Assembly (NCBI RefSeq): GCF_000196355.1
Contig: NC_007614.1
Location: forward strand, 2,850,001 to 2,882,000
DNA length: 32,000 nt
Direction of reading: 5' to 3'
DNA from: Nitrosospira multiformis ATCC 25196
GTDB lineage: Bacteria > Pseudomonadota > Gammaproteobacteria > Burkholderiales > Nitrosomonadaceae
Part shown: one piece after another, positions 10,892-21,410 of the stretch
Numbering within the stretch: position 1 is the first letter of the stretch
How the letters are laid out: every line of letters starts with the position of its first letter
Program-made: the position numbers and the translations under genes
Notes under the pieces: model-generated
What the model saw: only the letters and a program-made list of their open reading frames with translations
What the model was told of the DNA's origin: nothing
Databases searched by the model: none

Positions 10892-11377
10892 ATGATGAGC
10901 GCACCAAAGATACCAGGCTTTACCGCCGAACGTTCGGTTTACAGGACAAGAGCGAATTATCGGACAACAACGGGTCCCGGGATCAGGCGCCCGCATAAAA
11001 TAGATGCTGTAAGACTGCAAGCCTGCGATCTTGACTGTATCGATGAATGCCAGCAGGGTTGCGAGAGCCTTACGGGCAGAGAGCATGCTCAATGCATCCG
11101 GCTCTGCCGGATGAAATATGGCTGCCTCTCACAGCCGCCGGGGTACGGAAATCGCGAGTGCAACCCATCCAGCGGGTGGTCGCAGCGTTGCTGTCGCCCT
11201 GATGGCACAGCTTGCTCCCCGCGGCCGTGCACTCCACCGGGAGAGGGTTGCACTGTACGTGATGATCGCACCTGCCTTCCCTGGCCGCTTGACTCCATCT
11301 GCTGGGGGAGTTGCGAACGCACCTGCTGCCATTGGTCGGGTTGCGATCAATTGCTGTGCGGAGTATCGGAGGGCTGA
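10892..11377 (+). CDS. Uncharacterised Cys-rich protein (20 cysteines in the C-terminal ~116 residues)
   Basis: In-frame ATGATG at 10892/10895 preceded by GGAGG (10886-10890). Product MMSAPKIPGFTAERSVYRTRANYRTT...ACDLDCIDECQQGCESLTGREHAQCIRLCRMKYGC...CGVSEG. The ORF-track start at 10745 is upstream of the candidate promoter and unlikely. Confidence 0.6.
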   Translation: MMSAPKIPGFTAERSVYRTRANYRTTTGPGIRRPHKIDAVRLQACDLDCIDECQQGCESLTGREHAQCIRLCRMKYGCLSQPPGYGNRECNPSSGWSQRCCRPDGTACSPRPCTPPGEGCTVRDDRTCLPWPLDSICWGSCERTCCHWSGCDQLLCGVSEG

Positions 11378-11405
11378 CAGGACATTGCCGGAACTTGAAT
11401 TACGT

Positions 11406-13595
11406 TTATCTGCGCGTGGCCGATATGACGCCGGGGACGCCGGCTATCAGCCCGAGAACACGCTGCAATTGATCGACATTGCCAATCTTGATCACGAACT
11501 GCATGGTCGCATTCAGGTCGCCGCTATGGGCGCGGGTAGCGACTACATCAATTTTTTCGCGCGACAGAACACCCGAAATATCGCTCAGCAATCCTTGACG
11601 ATCCTGCGCCCGAATCTCCACCTCTACGGCGTAACTGGCATTTTTGGATAAATCCCATTGGGTACTGACGAGGCGCGCCCTGCCTTCTCCTGACAACCGG
11701 GCCACATTGGCGCAATTCGCCCTGTGGATGGTGATTCCCCGCCCACGGGTGACAAAACCAATGATGGGATCAGGGGGTACAGGCTTGCAGCACTTTGCCA
11801 GTACGGTGAGCAACTTGTCGACCCCGACGACGAGTATGTCTCCCTGCGGTTTCGAAGTGAGAGTCTGCTTTTTGATGACTGGCGTTTCGGGGCCGGGTAG
11901 ACCCGATTCTGTCTCCCCGCTCAAGAATGCCGATAGCTGGCGCGCATTGATATCACCCCTTGCAACGGCTGCAAGAAAGGAATCAAGTCTGGCAAATTTG
12001 AACTCCACTGCCAGCTTATCCAGGCTCATCGCAGTCATGCCATGGCGCTGCAGTTCCTTTTCCACCAAAGCCCGGGCTTGGGTGAGGGAAACAGTACGCA
12101 TTTCACTGCTGAACCATTGCCTCACTTTCGCCCGGGCGCGCTGGCTCCTGATATAACCCAATGCAGGGTTGAGCCAGTCGCGGCTGGGTCCCCCCTGCTT
12201 GGTCGAAATGATCTCCACTCTTTGCGCATTTTGCAGCGGGTAATCGAGGGGCACCATGACGCCATCCACCTTGGCACCGCGGCAACGGTGCCCCAGGTCG
12301 CTATGCACATGGTATGCAAAATCCACGGGAGTGGCTCCCTTGGGCAGCGCGATCACCTTTCCTTGCGGCGTCAGTACATAGACCGAATCTTCGAACAGTG
12401 CCACCTTGAAATGCTCAGCCAGTTCTCCCGCATCCTCGACATCATTCTTCCACTCCAGTATCTGCCTTAACCAGGCGATCTTTTCCTCATACCGCGCGTC
12501 CCGCTTTGCACCTTCCTTGTAGCGCCAATGCGCGGCGACACCCATCTCTGAATGACGGTGCATCTCATGGGTCCGGATCTGTACTTCGACCACTTTGTCT
12601 TCCGGACCGATTACTGCAGTATGCAACGACCGGTAGTCATTGCCTTTCGGCTTGGCAATATAGTCGTCGAACTCCTTGGGAATCGGCATCCAGAGGTTGT
12701 GCACCAATCCCAATGCCGCGTAGCAATCCTTGACTTCGTCCACGAGAATGCGAACGGCCCGGGTATCCTGGATTTCCTTGAAATCCACACCCTTGCGTTT
12801 CATTTTTCTGTAAATGCTGTAAATGTGCTTGGGGCGTCCTGTAATTTGAGCCTTGATCCCCGCGTGACCCAGTTCGTTTTGTAACCTGTCAACCACCAAC
12901 GCGATATATTGTTCCCTGCTGCGGCGAGTCTCCTCCAGCAACGTGGCGATTTTTTTATAACGTTCGGGCTCGGTGATCCGAAACGATAGATCCTCCAGTT
13001 CCCACTTCACTTGCCATAACCCCAGGCGATTGGCGAGAGGCGCGAAAATATTCAAAGTGACCTCAGCGGCCTCCCATCTTCCGGCAACGTTGCGGGCAGC
13101 AACGTAGCGCATCGTCTGCAACCGGTCGGCCAGGGCGATGATCACCACGCGGATGTCTTCCGCCATTGCGAGCAGCATCTTCCTCAATGCTTCAATCTGA
13201 GCACTGCCATTCCCGATATTGTCTGTGCTGTTTGCAGATCGCAGCACCTGGATTCGGCCGACGCGCCTCACACCTTCCACGAGATGAGCGACTATTGGAC
13301 CAAAAGCGGTTGCCAATTCTTCTTCATACCCCTCCAGATACTCCGGAACTGCATGAAGCACTCCTGCTGCCAGTGTATCGCTGTCCACGCGCAGTCCCGC
13401 GAGAATCGCCGCGAGTCCATCTACATGCGAAGAGAGCAATTCACCGTTAGGCAGGCTTTTATCCATATACAGGGGTTCACAAAAAACCTGTGCCTCCCGG
13501 AGCAGATCGATTTCTGTCGGGGAGAAGATCGAACCCGGGGAATGGAGCCGGAAAGGTCCGTCCCCTTTTCCGGAAATGAGGGAGGGAGCGCTCAT
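11406..13595 (-). CDS. relA: RelA/SpoT-family (p)ppGpp synthetase, probably RelA-type with a degenerate HD domain
   Basis: 729 aa; synthetase region GRPKHIYSIYRKMKRKGVDFKEIQDTRAVRILV...DYIAKPKGNDYRSLHTAV, TGS domain (VYVLTPQGKVIALPKGATPVDFAYHVHSDLGHRCRGAKVDG), C-terminal ACT-like domain. The HD motif position reads LHAVPEY instead of LHDxVED. Confidence 0.93.
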   Translation of the reverse strand: MSAPSLISGKGDGPFRLHSPGSIFSPTEIDLLREAQVFCEPLYMDKSLPNGELLSSHVDGLAAILAGLRVDSDTLAAGVLHAVPEYLEGYEEELATAFGPIVAHLVEGVRRVGRIQVLRSANSTDNIGNGSAQIEALRKMLLAMAEDIRVVIIALADRLQTMRYVAARNVAGRWEAAEVTLNIFAPLANRLGLWQVKWELEDLSFRITEPERYKKIATLLEETRRSREQYIALVVDRLQNELGHAGIKAQITGRPKHIYSIYRKMKRKGVDFKEIQDTRAVRILVDEVKDCYAALGLVHNLWMPIPKEFDDYIAKPKGNDYRSLHTAVIGPEDKVVEVQIRTHEMHRHSEMGVAAHWRYKEGAKRDARYEEKIAWLRQILEWKNDVEDAGELAEHFKVALFEDSVYVLTPQGKVIALPKGATPVDFAYHVHSDLGHRCRGAKVDGVMVPLDYPLQNAQRVEIISTKQGGPSRDWLNPALGYIRSQRARAKVRQWFSSEMRTVSLTQARALVEKELQRHGMTAMSLDKLAVEFKFARLDSFLAAVARGDINARQLSAFLSGETESGLPGPETPVIKKQTLTSKPQGDILVVGVDKLLTVLAKCCKPVPPDPIIGFVTRGRGITIHRANCANVARLSGEGRARLVSTQWDLSKNASYAVEVEIRAQDRQGLLSDISGVLSREKIDVVATRAHSGDLNATMQFVIKIGNVDQLQRVLGLIAGVPGVISATRR

Positions 13596-13681
13596 GGAAC
13601 GGGTGTAGTGAGTATTGGAACGGCCTTTTTCAATTGAGCCCCCATGTTACTCATGTCCTTTCATAATTGCTTTATTTCCGG

Positions 13682-16081
13682 TTAAAGCGTTGCTGAATCG
13701 TGCCAATAACGCATCCGCCGAACGCGCCACCGCTCCACGGCAAGGTCGTTACCGCCAAAGCGCAGCAATATGGCACCATCGATATCGCTGCGCAACAATC
13801 TGCTTCCCACCGCTCGATACCGCTCCGCAACTTCCTCTTTTGGATGGCCAAAACGGTTGCGATAACCTACGGTAAATACTACCCACCGCGGATTCACCTT
13901 CCGCACGAACTCCTCGGTGGAAGAAGTTTTGCTGCCATGATGAGGAGCGATCAATACCGTTGAGGAAAGCGCCTCCCCATAACGCTTGAGCAATTGATAT
14001 TCGGATTTTTTCTCGATATCCCCCGGCAGAAGCACGCTTCCGTGCCATGTGGTAATTTTCAACACGCAACTCAAGGCGTTACTCTTGAGGCGAAGATCAT
14101 TGTAGCTCTCTTCCAGGGGATGAAGCATGTCGAAGCGAACGCCATCCCATTCCCACGACTGCCCCGCCTTGCACCGGCGCTTGTTGAGAGCAGCCTGTTG
14201 TATGGGATGATCCTCGCCCAACGACGAGACGAGCCATTCGACGGGTACTGCTTGCAGCACGGACAACCCTCCGCCGCTATGATCCGAATCGGCGTGTGTG
14301 ACGATCATTGCATCGAGATGCCTTATCCCTTCCCCGCGGAGAAATGGAACGATGGTGCGGCTGCCGCTATCGGCTTCGGACGTAAAGGCAGGGCCCGTAT
14401 CGTAGAGCAGCGTGTGATTTTCCGTACGCGCCAGGACCGCCAGTCCCTGCCCAACATCCAGCACGGTCAGCCACAACTCTCCCTGCTCCGGTTTTGGGAG
14501 AGGCAGCAGAAACAGCGGCAGCAACGCGACGAGACCAAGCCAACGAGCAGGGAAACCGGTACCAAGGCCGAGCTGCCAACCCCATTTCCCAGGCAACAGC
14601 GTCCAGAAAATGCCCGCCGTCCCCACGGCTACTGCCCAGAAAGGCGGCGCCTGCTGGCTCCAGACGGCCTGAGGCGCATTGCTCAGCCATTCCATTACGG
14701 TCATGCAACCATCCAGCGCTGCATGTGCCGGTACCAACAGAAAATCGAGGGGCGGCAGGGTTGCGAGCAGGGCCAGCGGCACCACGACAAGACTCACCAG
14801 TGGAATCGCCACCGCATTGGCGATTGGGGAAACCAGCGATATTTGCTGAAACATCGCCAATAAAAGAGGTATCAGGCCCAGGGTTATGGCCCACTGCACC
14901 GTTGTCCAACTACTCAGCCAATGCGGCCTGCCAACGCGGCCGACAGATACCAGCATGATGACCGCGATGGCGCCAAAGGATAACCAGAAGCCGGGTGAAA
15001 GCACTGCCCATGGATCGAGAGCCACCACTGCAAGCAATGCCCAGGCCAGGACTGTGGTCATGGCAATGGAACGATCAAGCCATAGGGTAACGGCGACCGC
15101 GGTGAGCATATAGAGCGTGCGTTGTGCCGGAATCGCAAAACCGGCCAGCAGCGTATAACCGAGCGCGGCCACCAGCCCGGCTATGACTGCGGCTTTCCTG
15201 GCTGGCAACCGCAGCGTCAAATGATAGCTTCTGCGCCATAGCCAGTATGCCATCGTAAACACAAGCCCCGACAGCATGGTGATATGAAGGCCGGATATGC
15301 TGACGAGATGGTTTATCCCCGTCCGCGTGAATACCTGCCACTGCTCGTGTGGAATCGCCCGTTGATCCCCCACCGCCAGCGCAACGAGGGTACCGGCATA
15401 AGCCTGATAGGGCAGCGCGGCAAGGAAATTATCGCGGATATCCTGGCGCAGACGCTCGACCTGATAAGCGGGACGTCCCACCACTTTCTCCAGGCGTATA
15501 TTTTCGTCATCCTTGCGCACATAGCCTGTGGCCCCAATGTTGCGCTCCAGCGCCCACTGCTCGAAATCGGAAGCATGCGGATTGGCGGTTCCATGGGGGC
15601 GCTTGAGCCGTGCAGTAAGCCGCCAGCGTTCCCCGGCATTGAGGGGAGGTGTTGAAGGTCCTGGCATAAAGCCGCTTCCGCGCTCCTTATACCAGGAAAG
15701 AGAAAGACGGGCAGGCACGATTGCACCTTCCGTCAACACCTGCTCAACATCGAAAGTAAAGCGCACACTGGTCCTGCCGGTTTGCGGCAACTCCGCAACC
15801 ACGCCAATTACCTGGATATCTCTCCCTTCCCACTCGGGCAGGAGCGCATCGTTCAAGCGCCATTGCGCAAAAGCAGTCGCCCAGTAAAAACCTGCTCCCA
15901 GGAAAAGGCAAACCCAAAGCATTTTGCCGATCCGAGCAAAAACAGGGGCACGGCAGGAAAGCAGCAGAATTCCACACGCCATGCCGGGGAAGAGAGCCCA
16001 CGCACCTGCAAGCGCTGGCAGCACTGGCTGCTGTTGCAGCAGCACCACCCCGGCAACAAATGCCAGAATACAAAGTCGCAT
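13682..16081 (-). CDS. comEC: DNA internalization-related competence protein ComEC/Rec2
   Basis: 799 aa; multi-TM, GINHLVSISGLHITMLSGL, C-terminal metallo-beta-lactamase fold (FLDVGQGLAVLARTENHTLLYDTGP, IVTHADSDHSGG, LIAPHHGSKTSS). Confidence 0.95.
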   Translation of the reverse strand: MRLCILAFVAGVVLLQQQPVLPALAGAWALFPGMACGILLLSCRAPVFARIGKMLWVCLFLGAGFYWATAFAQWRLNDALLPEWEGRDIQVIGVVAELPQTGRTSVRFTFDVEQVLTEGAIVPARLSLSWYKERGSGFMPGPSTPPLNAGERWRLTARLKRPHGTANPHASDFEQWALERNIGATGYVRKDDENIRLEKVVGRPAYQVERLRQDIRDNFLAALPYQAYAGTLVALAVGDQRAIPHEQWQVFTRTGINHLVSISGLHITMLSGLVFTMAYWLWRRSYHLTLRLPARKAAVIAGLVAALGYTLLAGFAIPAQRTLYMLTAVAVTLWLDRSIAMTTVLAWALLAVVALDPWAVLSPGFWLSFGAIAVIMLVSVGRVGRPHWLSSWTTVQWAITLGLIPLLLAMFQQISLVSPIANAVAIPLVSLVVVPLALLATLPPLDFLLVPAHAALDGCMTVMEWLSNAPQAVWSQQAPPFWAVAVGTAGIFWTLLPGKWGWQLGLGTGFPARWLGLVALLPLFLLPLPKPEQGELWLTVLDVGQGLAVLARTENHTLLYDTGPAFTSEADSGSRTIVPFLRGEGIRHLDAMIVTHADSDHSGGGLSVLQAVPVEWLVSSLGEDHPIQQAALNKRRCKAGQSWEWDGVRFDMLHPLEESYNDLRLKSNALSCVLKITTWHGSVLLPGDIEKKSEYQLLKRYGEALSSTVLIAPHHGSKTSSTEEFVRKVNPRWVVFTVGYRNRFGHPKEEVAERYRAVGSRLLRSDIDGAILLRFGGNDLAVERWRVRRMRYWHDSATL

Positions 16082-16346
16082 CAGCGATTTCCTGCCATCA
16101 GCAGAGCATACCGGCGGCCATGGTAGCCGGGATAAAAATCGTCGGAGAAGCCAGAGAAAACAGACAAGGCGGCTGACAGAGGCGCGTCCACAAATGCCTT
16201 TTTCATTGCACGCAGAATTTCATATGCCCATAGCTTCAGCTGAGCAAGTGGTGTATGTTTGTATCAAGGACCCTGTCGCTGGGTAAACTGGAGGATTTAT
16301 TGGAGTTCCCTAGCTCCTGTCCCTGTATATATTTCATGCCACCCCT

Positions 16347-16943
16347 GTGTTTCGAAAATTTTTCAAAAAATACCTGCCTTCCCACGAAACCATCCGGCGC
16401 AACCGGTTTGTTGCCCTTTTCGGCGAGCGACTGCAACACCACAATCTCTGGCATCTGCATCGGAGGTCGGTCGCTGGCGGCTTTGCCGTCGGATTGTTCA
16501 CCGGGCTCATCCCCGGCAGCAATCCCGTGCAATTCTTTTTTGCCGCGTTATTCGCCGTTGCCTTCAAGGTCAACCTTCCCGTAGCAGTCATAACGACGCT
16601 TTATTCCAATCCCTTTACCATCCTGCCGATCTATGTGGCTGCCTACGAAATCGGCACTTTTGTAACGGGAGGCACGTCGAACGGCATGCCCGAAGTGGGA
16701 TTGCATCTAATGGATAAAAGTATCGGCGAGTGGGGGCCTGCCCTGATCGAGTGGGTGGTATCACTCGGCAAGCCTTTGCTGGTCGGAATGTTTCTGCTGG
16801 CTTTATTACTTTCTTCAACAGGCTATTTTGCGGTGCGCGCGGGGTGGCGTTTGTTCGCGATTTATGAATGGCGCAAGCGCGCAAAGCGACGCAGACAAAA
16901 GAATGAGCAGAATATGGATGAAATGGATGGAGATAGCGGATAG
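16347..16943 (+). CDS. DUF2062 family membrane protein
   Basis: 198 aa from a GTG start; SVAGGFAVGLFTGLIPGSNPVQFFFAALFAVAFKVNLPVAVITTLYSNPFTILPIYVAAYEIG is typical of DUF2062; next to comEC/lolD as in many proteobacteria. Confidence 0.85.
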   Translation: MFRKFFKKYLPSHETIRRNRFVALFGERLQHHNLWHLHRRSVAGGFAVGLFTGLIPGSNPVQFFFAALFAVAFKVNLPVAVITTLYSNPFTILPIYVAAYEIGTFVTGGTSNGMPEVGLHLMDKSIGEWGPALIEWVVSLGKPLLVGMFLLALLLSSTGYFAVRAGWRLFAIYEWRKRAKRRRQKNEQNMDEMDGDSG

Positions 16944-17052
16944 AACAAGTCTTTACCGCTATCGACCGATACCGGAATGAAGCCTGATAGAGCTGTGGAC
17001 CCTCCTGGAAGCTGCCGGACAGGAGCAATCAACCCAACCCCGGTGCCTGGCC

Positions 17053-17730
17053 TCACACGGTCAGGAGGCCATCCTCCAGATGCAGGGTTCGGCCGGCCTT
17101 TCTGGCGAGATCGGGATCATGTGTGACAATGACAAGGCTCGCGCCAGCATCATGATTGAGCTCGAGCATCAGATCGAACACTTCTCCCGCGGTGCGCCGG
17201 TCGAGATTGCCCGTAGGTTCGTCCGCAAGCACGCAGGCTGGACGGGTCACCAATGCACGCGCCACGGCAGCCCGCTGCCGCTCGCCTCCCGAAAGCTCGC
17301 CAGGAGTGTGCGTCAGCCGATGTCCCAGACCCACCTGCTGCAGGACTTCGCGGGCGCTTTCGTAGGCCTTGGCCTTGGCCATACGACGGATCAGAAGCGG
17401 CATGGCCACGTTTTCCAACGCGGTAAACTCGGGCAGCAGATGATGGAACTGATAAACGAAACCGAGTGACCTGTTACGCAACTCGCATCTCTCTGCTTCA
17501 CCCATGCCAGCAATTTCATGGCTCAGGATGCGAATTTCCCCGCCGGTAGGAACATCGAGACCTCCGAGCAGGTGCAGTAGCGTGCTCTTTCCCGAGCCGG
17601 ACGCGCCGACGATGGCGACGGTATCTCCCTTTCCCACCTTCAGGTCTATTCCCATCAGGACCGGCACCTCGATCTGGCCTTGATAATAGCTCTTCCGCAG
17701 GTTGCGGCAGGAAATGATATTGTCACTCAT
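17053..17730 (-). CDS. lolD: Lipoprotein-releasing system ATP-binding protein LolD
   Basis: 225 aa; Walker [26 protein letters not shown], signature [24 protein letters not shown]; overlaps the permease gene. Confidence 0.95.
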   Translation of the reverse strand: MSDNIISCRNLRKSYYQGQIEVPVLMGIDLKVGKGDTVAIVGASGSGKSTLLHLLGGLDVPTGGEIRILSHEIAGMGEAERCELRNRSLGFVYQFHHLLPEFTALENVAMPLLIRRMAKAKAYESAREVLQQVGLGHRLTHTPGELSGGERQRAAVARALVTRPACVLADEPTGNLDRRTAGEVFDLMLELNHDAGASLVIVTHDPDLARKAGRTLHLEDGLLTV

Positions 17731-18967
17731 ACCGCAGCGCCTCGGCCGGATTGATCTTTGAAGCGCGATAGCTCGGGTAGAGTGTTGCCAGCAGTGTCAA
17801 CACGAAGGAAACGATGGCGACGGCAATCACGTCATCGAACTGGAGGTCGGAGGGAATTTCGCTGATGACGTAGACTTCGCTGGACAGGAACTGCACGCTG
17901 AACAACCGCTCTATCATCGCAATGACCGCCTCCACATTGTAGGCAAGCAACACGCCGCCGATGACCCCCAATGCGGTACCGACCACCCCGATCCAGGTTC
18001 CCTGCACGATAAAGATTTTCATGATGCTGCGCGGACTCGCACCCAGGGTGCGCAATATCGCAATATCCGATTGCTTGTCCGTCACGGCCATCACCAATGT
18101 GGAGACAATATTGAACGCCGCCACTGCGATGATCAGTGCAAGAATGAGAGACAGCATGCGTTTCTCGATCTGTATGGCCCGAAAATAATTGGCGTGTTGG
18201 CGAGTCCAGTCGCTGATATAGACATCGCTGGAAATCAGCGGCACGAGCTCACGCGCGACTTGCGGCGCCTTGAAAAGATCATGCAACTTGAGGCGCACGC
18301 CTGATACCTGGTTTTCCATGCGATACAGCTTTTGTGCATCTGCCAGATGGATGAGCACGAGCCCGGAGTCGTATTCGAAATGGCCCGCTTCGAATATCCC
18401 GATAATCGTGAACTGCTTGAGGCGCGGAATGATCCCTGCAGGCGTCACCTGTCCCTGTGGCGAGATCAATACGATCCTGTCACCCGTAAAAACCCCCAGC
18501 GAGCGTGCCAGCTCGCGGCCGATGACTATACCGAACTCTCCCGGCGCCAGATTTTCCAGTCTGCCGTCTATCATCATCCGTCCGAGATCTGCCACGTGAT
18601 CCTCCATGCCAGGCAGGATGCCTCGCACGGCCACACCGCTCACGGCCTGATCGAACGACACCATCCCCTGTGCGCTGATGTAGGGTGCAGCGGCCTCCAC
18701 CTCGGGATGCCTGCGCGCTTCTTCGGCAACTTTTCGCCAATCCGTCAGCGTACCCTCCACGCCGCTCACCTGGATATGGGACGCGACACCGAGGATGCGC
18801 GAGCGGACTTCCTTCTGAAATCCGTTCATAACCGACATAACGGTAATGAGCGCTGTCATCCCAAGCGTAATACCGAGCAAGGAAATGAGGGAAATGAACG
18901 AGATGAAGTGATTGCGGCGCTTGGCGCGGGTGTAACGCAAACCGATGAAGAGTTCGTACGAGGACAC
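17723..18967 (-). CDS. lolC: Lipoprotein-releasing system transmembrane protein, LolC/LolE family
   Basis: 414 aa; [57 protein letters not shown]; C-terminal FtsX-like permease with PAEALRYE. Confidence 0.93.
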   Translation of the reverse strand: MSSYELFIGLRYTRAKRRNHFISFISLISLLGITLGMTALITVMSVMNGFQKEVRSRILGVASHIQVSGVEGTLTDWRKVAEEARRHPEVEAAAPYISAQGMVSFDQAVSGVAVRGILPGMEDHVADLGRMMIDGRLENLAPGEFGIVIGRELARSLGVFTGDRIVLISPQGQVTPAGIIPRLKQFTIIGIFEAGHFEYDSGLVLIHLADAQKLYRMENQVSGVRLKLHDLFKAPQVARELVPLISSDVYISDWTRQHANYFRAIQIEKRMLSLILALIIAVAAFNIVSTLVMAVTDKQSDIAILRTLGASPRSIMKIFIVQGTWIGVVGTALGVIGGVLLAYNVEAVIAMIERLFSVQFLSSEVYVISEIPSDLQFDDVIAVAIVSFVLTLLATLYPSYRASKINPAEALRYE

Positions 18968-19132
18968 GGATCGATATAGCCTGATTAGGACGTAACTGCG
19001 AAGTTTGCCACATTCTGCTCAGGGTTAACAGGAGAGCTTGAGCATTGCGGTCAAAGACCCCACGCGCGCTCCCCTGCATGACGTCGCACCGTCCTGCGCC
19101 GGATCTGACCTCCTCCGAAACTGCTCTGCCTG

Positions 19133-21250
19133 CTAAAACTCCCCTCTCAGCCCAGCGACGAGCGCCCTGCCCGGTAGCGGTGCGAAATTCTTCAGGAAAG
19201 AGGTATGAACACGCATTTCTTCATCGAGCAGGTTTCTGCCCTGGAGGAAGATTCGAATGCCGTTGGAGCGCGTCTTCTTGATGCGGTAACTTACCTCCAT
19301 GTTCACCATCGTATACCCGGGCGTGCTTGTCTCCAGTTCCGCCAGATCGTTCTGGCGCATCACCCGAGTGGCACTTATATTCGACGTCCAGGGGCCGGTT
19401 CTGTGATTGAATTCCAGGCCGAAGCGTAACGGCGTGATGCGCGGCACATTCCCTCCGTTATCAAGTTTTCCCCTTACGTAATCCGCGAACAGGCGCAGGT
19501 CGATTTCGTCCGGCTTCAACGTGAGAACGGTTTCTGCTTCGGCACCGTAAAATCTGGCTCCGCCTTGTGCAAAGTTCTGTACCAGAAACTCACCCGTGGG
19601 CTCCAGCATCCCTTCCTGATTCACGCGATCGGCCACACCGTCTCCATTCGTGTCCGCACTTTGGACGAAAATATAATTGTCGATCCAGTTATGGAATATA
19701 TTGATCTTCCACGTCACCATACCACTGGTCTTGCGCAGTGCCAGATCGAGATTGTTTGTGGTCTCGCTTCTCAATCCATTATTTCCGCTCTGGAAGGTGG
19801 CGGTTCCACGGTGTGCGCCATGGATATACAGTTCCTCTGTCGAGGGCGCGCGCTGACCGCGAATGCCAGTCAATGACAATCCGTAGCCATCCAGGAATTT
19901 CCATAAAATCCCGGCGGAGACATTGTAGAGACCAAAGGAACGTGAGGGATGACCGTCTTTGGGATTCTGGGCGGCGTACTCGCCGCGACCGCCCAGTTCC
20001 AGGCGCCATCGATTCCAATTGCGTTCTTCCACCAGGAACACACCTACCGAATGGGAATTGGTGACGGGTACCACGGTCTCTTCGCCCAAGGCGGAAAAAT
20101 GTCGGTTACGAAACTGCACACCGAATACGCCGTTCCAGTTTGCCACAGTAGCATGCGTGAGTTCGGCGCGGCTCTCCAGTCCCTGGTTCTTGAAACGGGT
20201 CGCAACTTCACCCGTGCTTTCGATCTCGTTGTGCTTGTAATCGTTGTAACCCATGCGCACCTTGAGCTTCTCGAGACCGGCCATGGGTTTGTCCAGTTCA
20301 CCCGCCAGATCATAGCGCGTCTGCTTGAGATCGATCTTCGAACCTTCCGGTCCGGGAATGCCATATTCGTTGTCCATTCGGGAGATCGAGCCGCCTACAA
20401 AACCTCTTTCCCCGACATACGAGCCCCCCCCGGACAAGCCGCCGGAATTGATGGCGCTGTTCCCGACAATTCCTTTCCGGCTGCCGGGATCACTCTCATT
20501 CGCCCGTCCCGGGATATGGTAATCGTCGGTTTTGCGCTTGAACCCCCCGACGCTCCAGGATGCTTGCCCGATACTTCCGCTTGCATTGAAGGCGCCGGCA
20601 CGCTCCTCGGTCGCGGTATTCCCACGCGCTTCGATATTGCCTTTTATCGACTTGAACAGTTGTTTTGGAATACGGCCGTTCACGACGTTGACCACGCCAC
20701 CCGACGCGCCGCTGCCGTAGAGAAGAGTTGATGGACCCCGGAGGATTTCGATTTGCGACGCATTGAGAGATTCGGCAGTAACGGCATGGTCTGGACTGAT
20801 TGAAGAGATATCGAGCGTACCGATGCCGTTCTCCAACACCCTGACGCGTGGCCCATCGAGACCGCGAATAATGGGACGACCGGCGCCCGGTCCGAAAAAA
20901 CTTGATGTCACGCCCAGTTCATGGGAAAGGGTATCCCCCAGGCTGGCTTCGCGTTTCCTCCGCAAATCATCTCCCTTCAATACGGAGACGGGCTGGGCTA
21001 TATCCAGCTCAGTGCGGTCCTCAAAAGGGGTTGCGGTGACAACTACGGGATTGAGTAGCTCAATTTTTTCCGCTTTTTGAGCCTGGACGGAGGATGCATT
21101 GAGCGCGAGCAGCGTTGCCATCGCCAATGCAGCGTATGAACTCGACCCTTCATGCGCACGGAGAACAGGTCCGCACGCAAAATCACAATTTGTACAACTC
21201 ATGTTGATTGCATAAATCCGGCAGGAAAACGGGTAATCGAAGCGACACAA
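19133..21250 (-). CDS. TonB-dependent outer membrane receptor, ZnuD-like
   Basis: 705 aa; TonB/plug features (VVVTATPFEDR, RGLDGPRVRVLENGIGTLDISSISPDHAV, QIEILRGPSTLLYGSGASGGVVNVVNGRIP), C-terminal RNLLDEEMRVHTSFLKNFAPLPGRALVAGLRGEF with terminal F. An alternative start is the ATG at 21202. Zinc assignment is inferred from ZnuD-like plug motifs and the neighbouring Fur/Zur-like gene. Confidence 0.88.
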   Translation of the reverse strand: MCRFDYPFSCRIYAINMSCTNCDFACGPVLRAHEGSSSYAALAMATLLALNASSVQAQKAEKIELLNPVVVTATPFEDRTELDIAQPVSVLKGDDLRRKREASLGDTLSHELGVTSSFFGPGAGRPIIRGLDGPRVRVLENGIGTLDISSISPDHAVTAESLNASQIEILRGPSTLLYGSGASGGVVNVVNGRIPKQLFKSIKGNIEARGNTATEERAGAFNASGSIGQASWSVGGFKRKTDDYHIPGRANESDPGSRKGIVGNSAINSGGLSGGGSYVGERGFVGGSISRMDNEYGIPGPEGSKIDLKQTRYDLAGELDKPMAGLEKLKVRMGYNDYKHNEIESTGEVATRFKNQGLESRAELTHATVANWNGVFGVQFRNRHFSALGEETVVPVTNSHSVGVFLVEERNWNRWRLELGGRGEYAAQNPKDGHPSRSFGLYNVSAGILWKFLDGYGLSLTGIRGQRAPSTEELYIHGAHRGTATFQSGNNGLRSETTNNLDLALRKTSGMVTWKINIFHNWIDNYIFVQSADTNGDGVADRVNQEGMLEPTGEFLVQNFAQGGARFYGAEAETVLTLKPDEIDLRLFADYVRGKLDNGGNVPRITPLRFGLEFNHRTGPWTSNISATRVMRQNDLAELETSTPGYTMVNMEVSYRIKKTRSNGIRIFLQGRNLLDEEMRVHTSFLKNFAPLPGRALVAGLRGEF

Positions 21251-21410
21251 CTTTACTGCCGCAAGGGGGCGGCAGATATGGTCGGATGCCGGTCACCCTG
21301 GATAAATTTCGATTTACTGGATTACGGAATATCTGTCCGATCGACCGTAAACACCTGACGATCTCGATCAGAATCTCCTCGCTAAATAACGCTCAGTGGC
21401 CGTGCATGGC

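Noticed and set aside
11118-11651. 177-aa plus-strand ORF overlapping the Cys-rich gene and the relA 3' end
   Set aside because: Its second half is antisense to relA codons and its first half is out of frame with the better-supported Cys-rich ORF; no SD or family signature.
13994-14863. 289-aa plus-strand ORF over comEC
   Set aside because: Antisense to comEC and no recognisable domain; shadow ORF.
16259-16717. 152-aa plus-strand ORF overlapping the DUF2062 gene
   Set aside because: Different frame from the recognisable DUF2062 protein at 16347-16943; Ser/Arg-rich out-of-frame translation.
19949-20731. 260-aa plus-strand ORF within the TonB receptor gene
   Set aside because: Antisense to the conserved receptor barrel; no start context or motifs.
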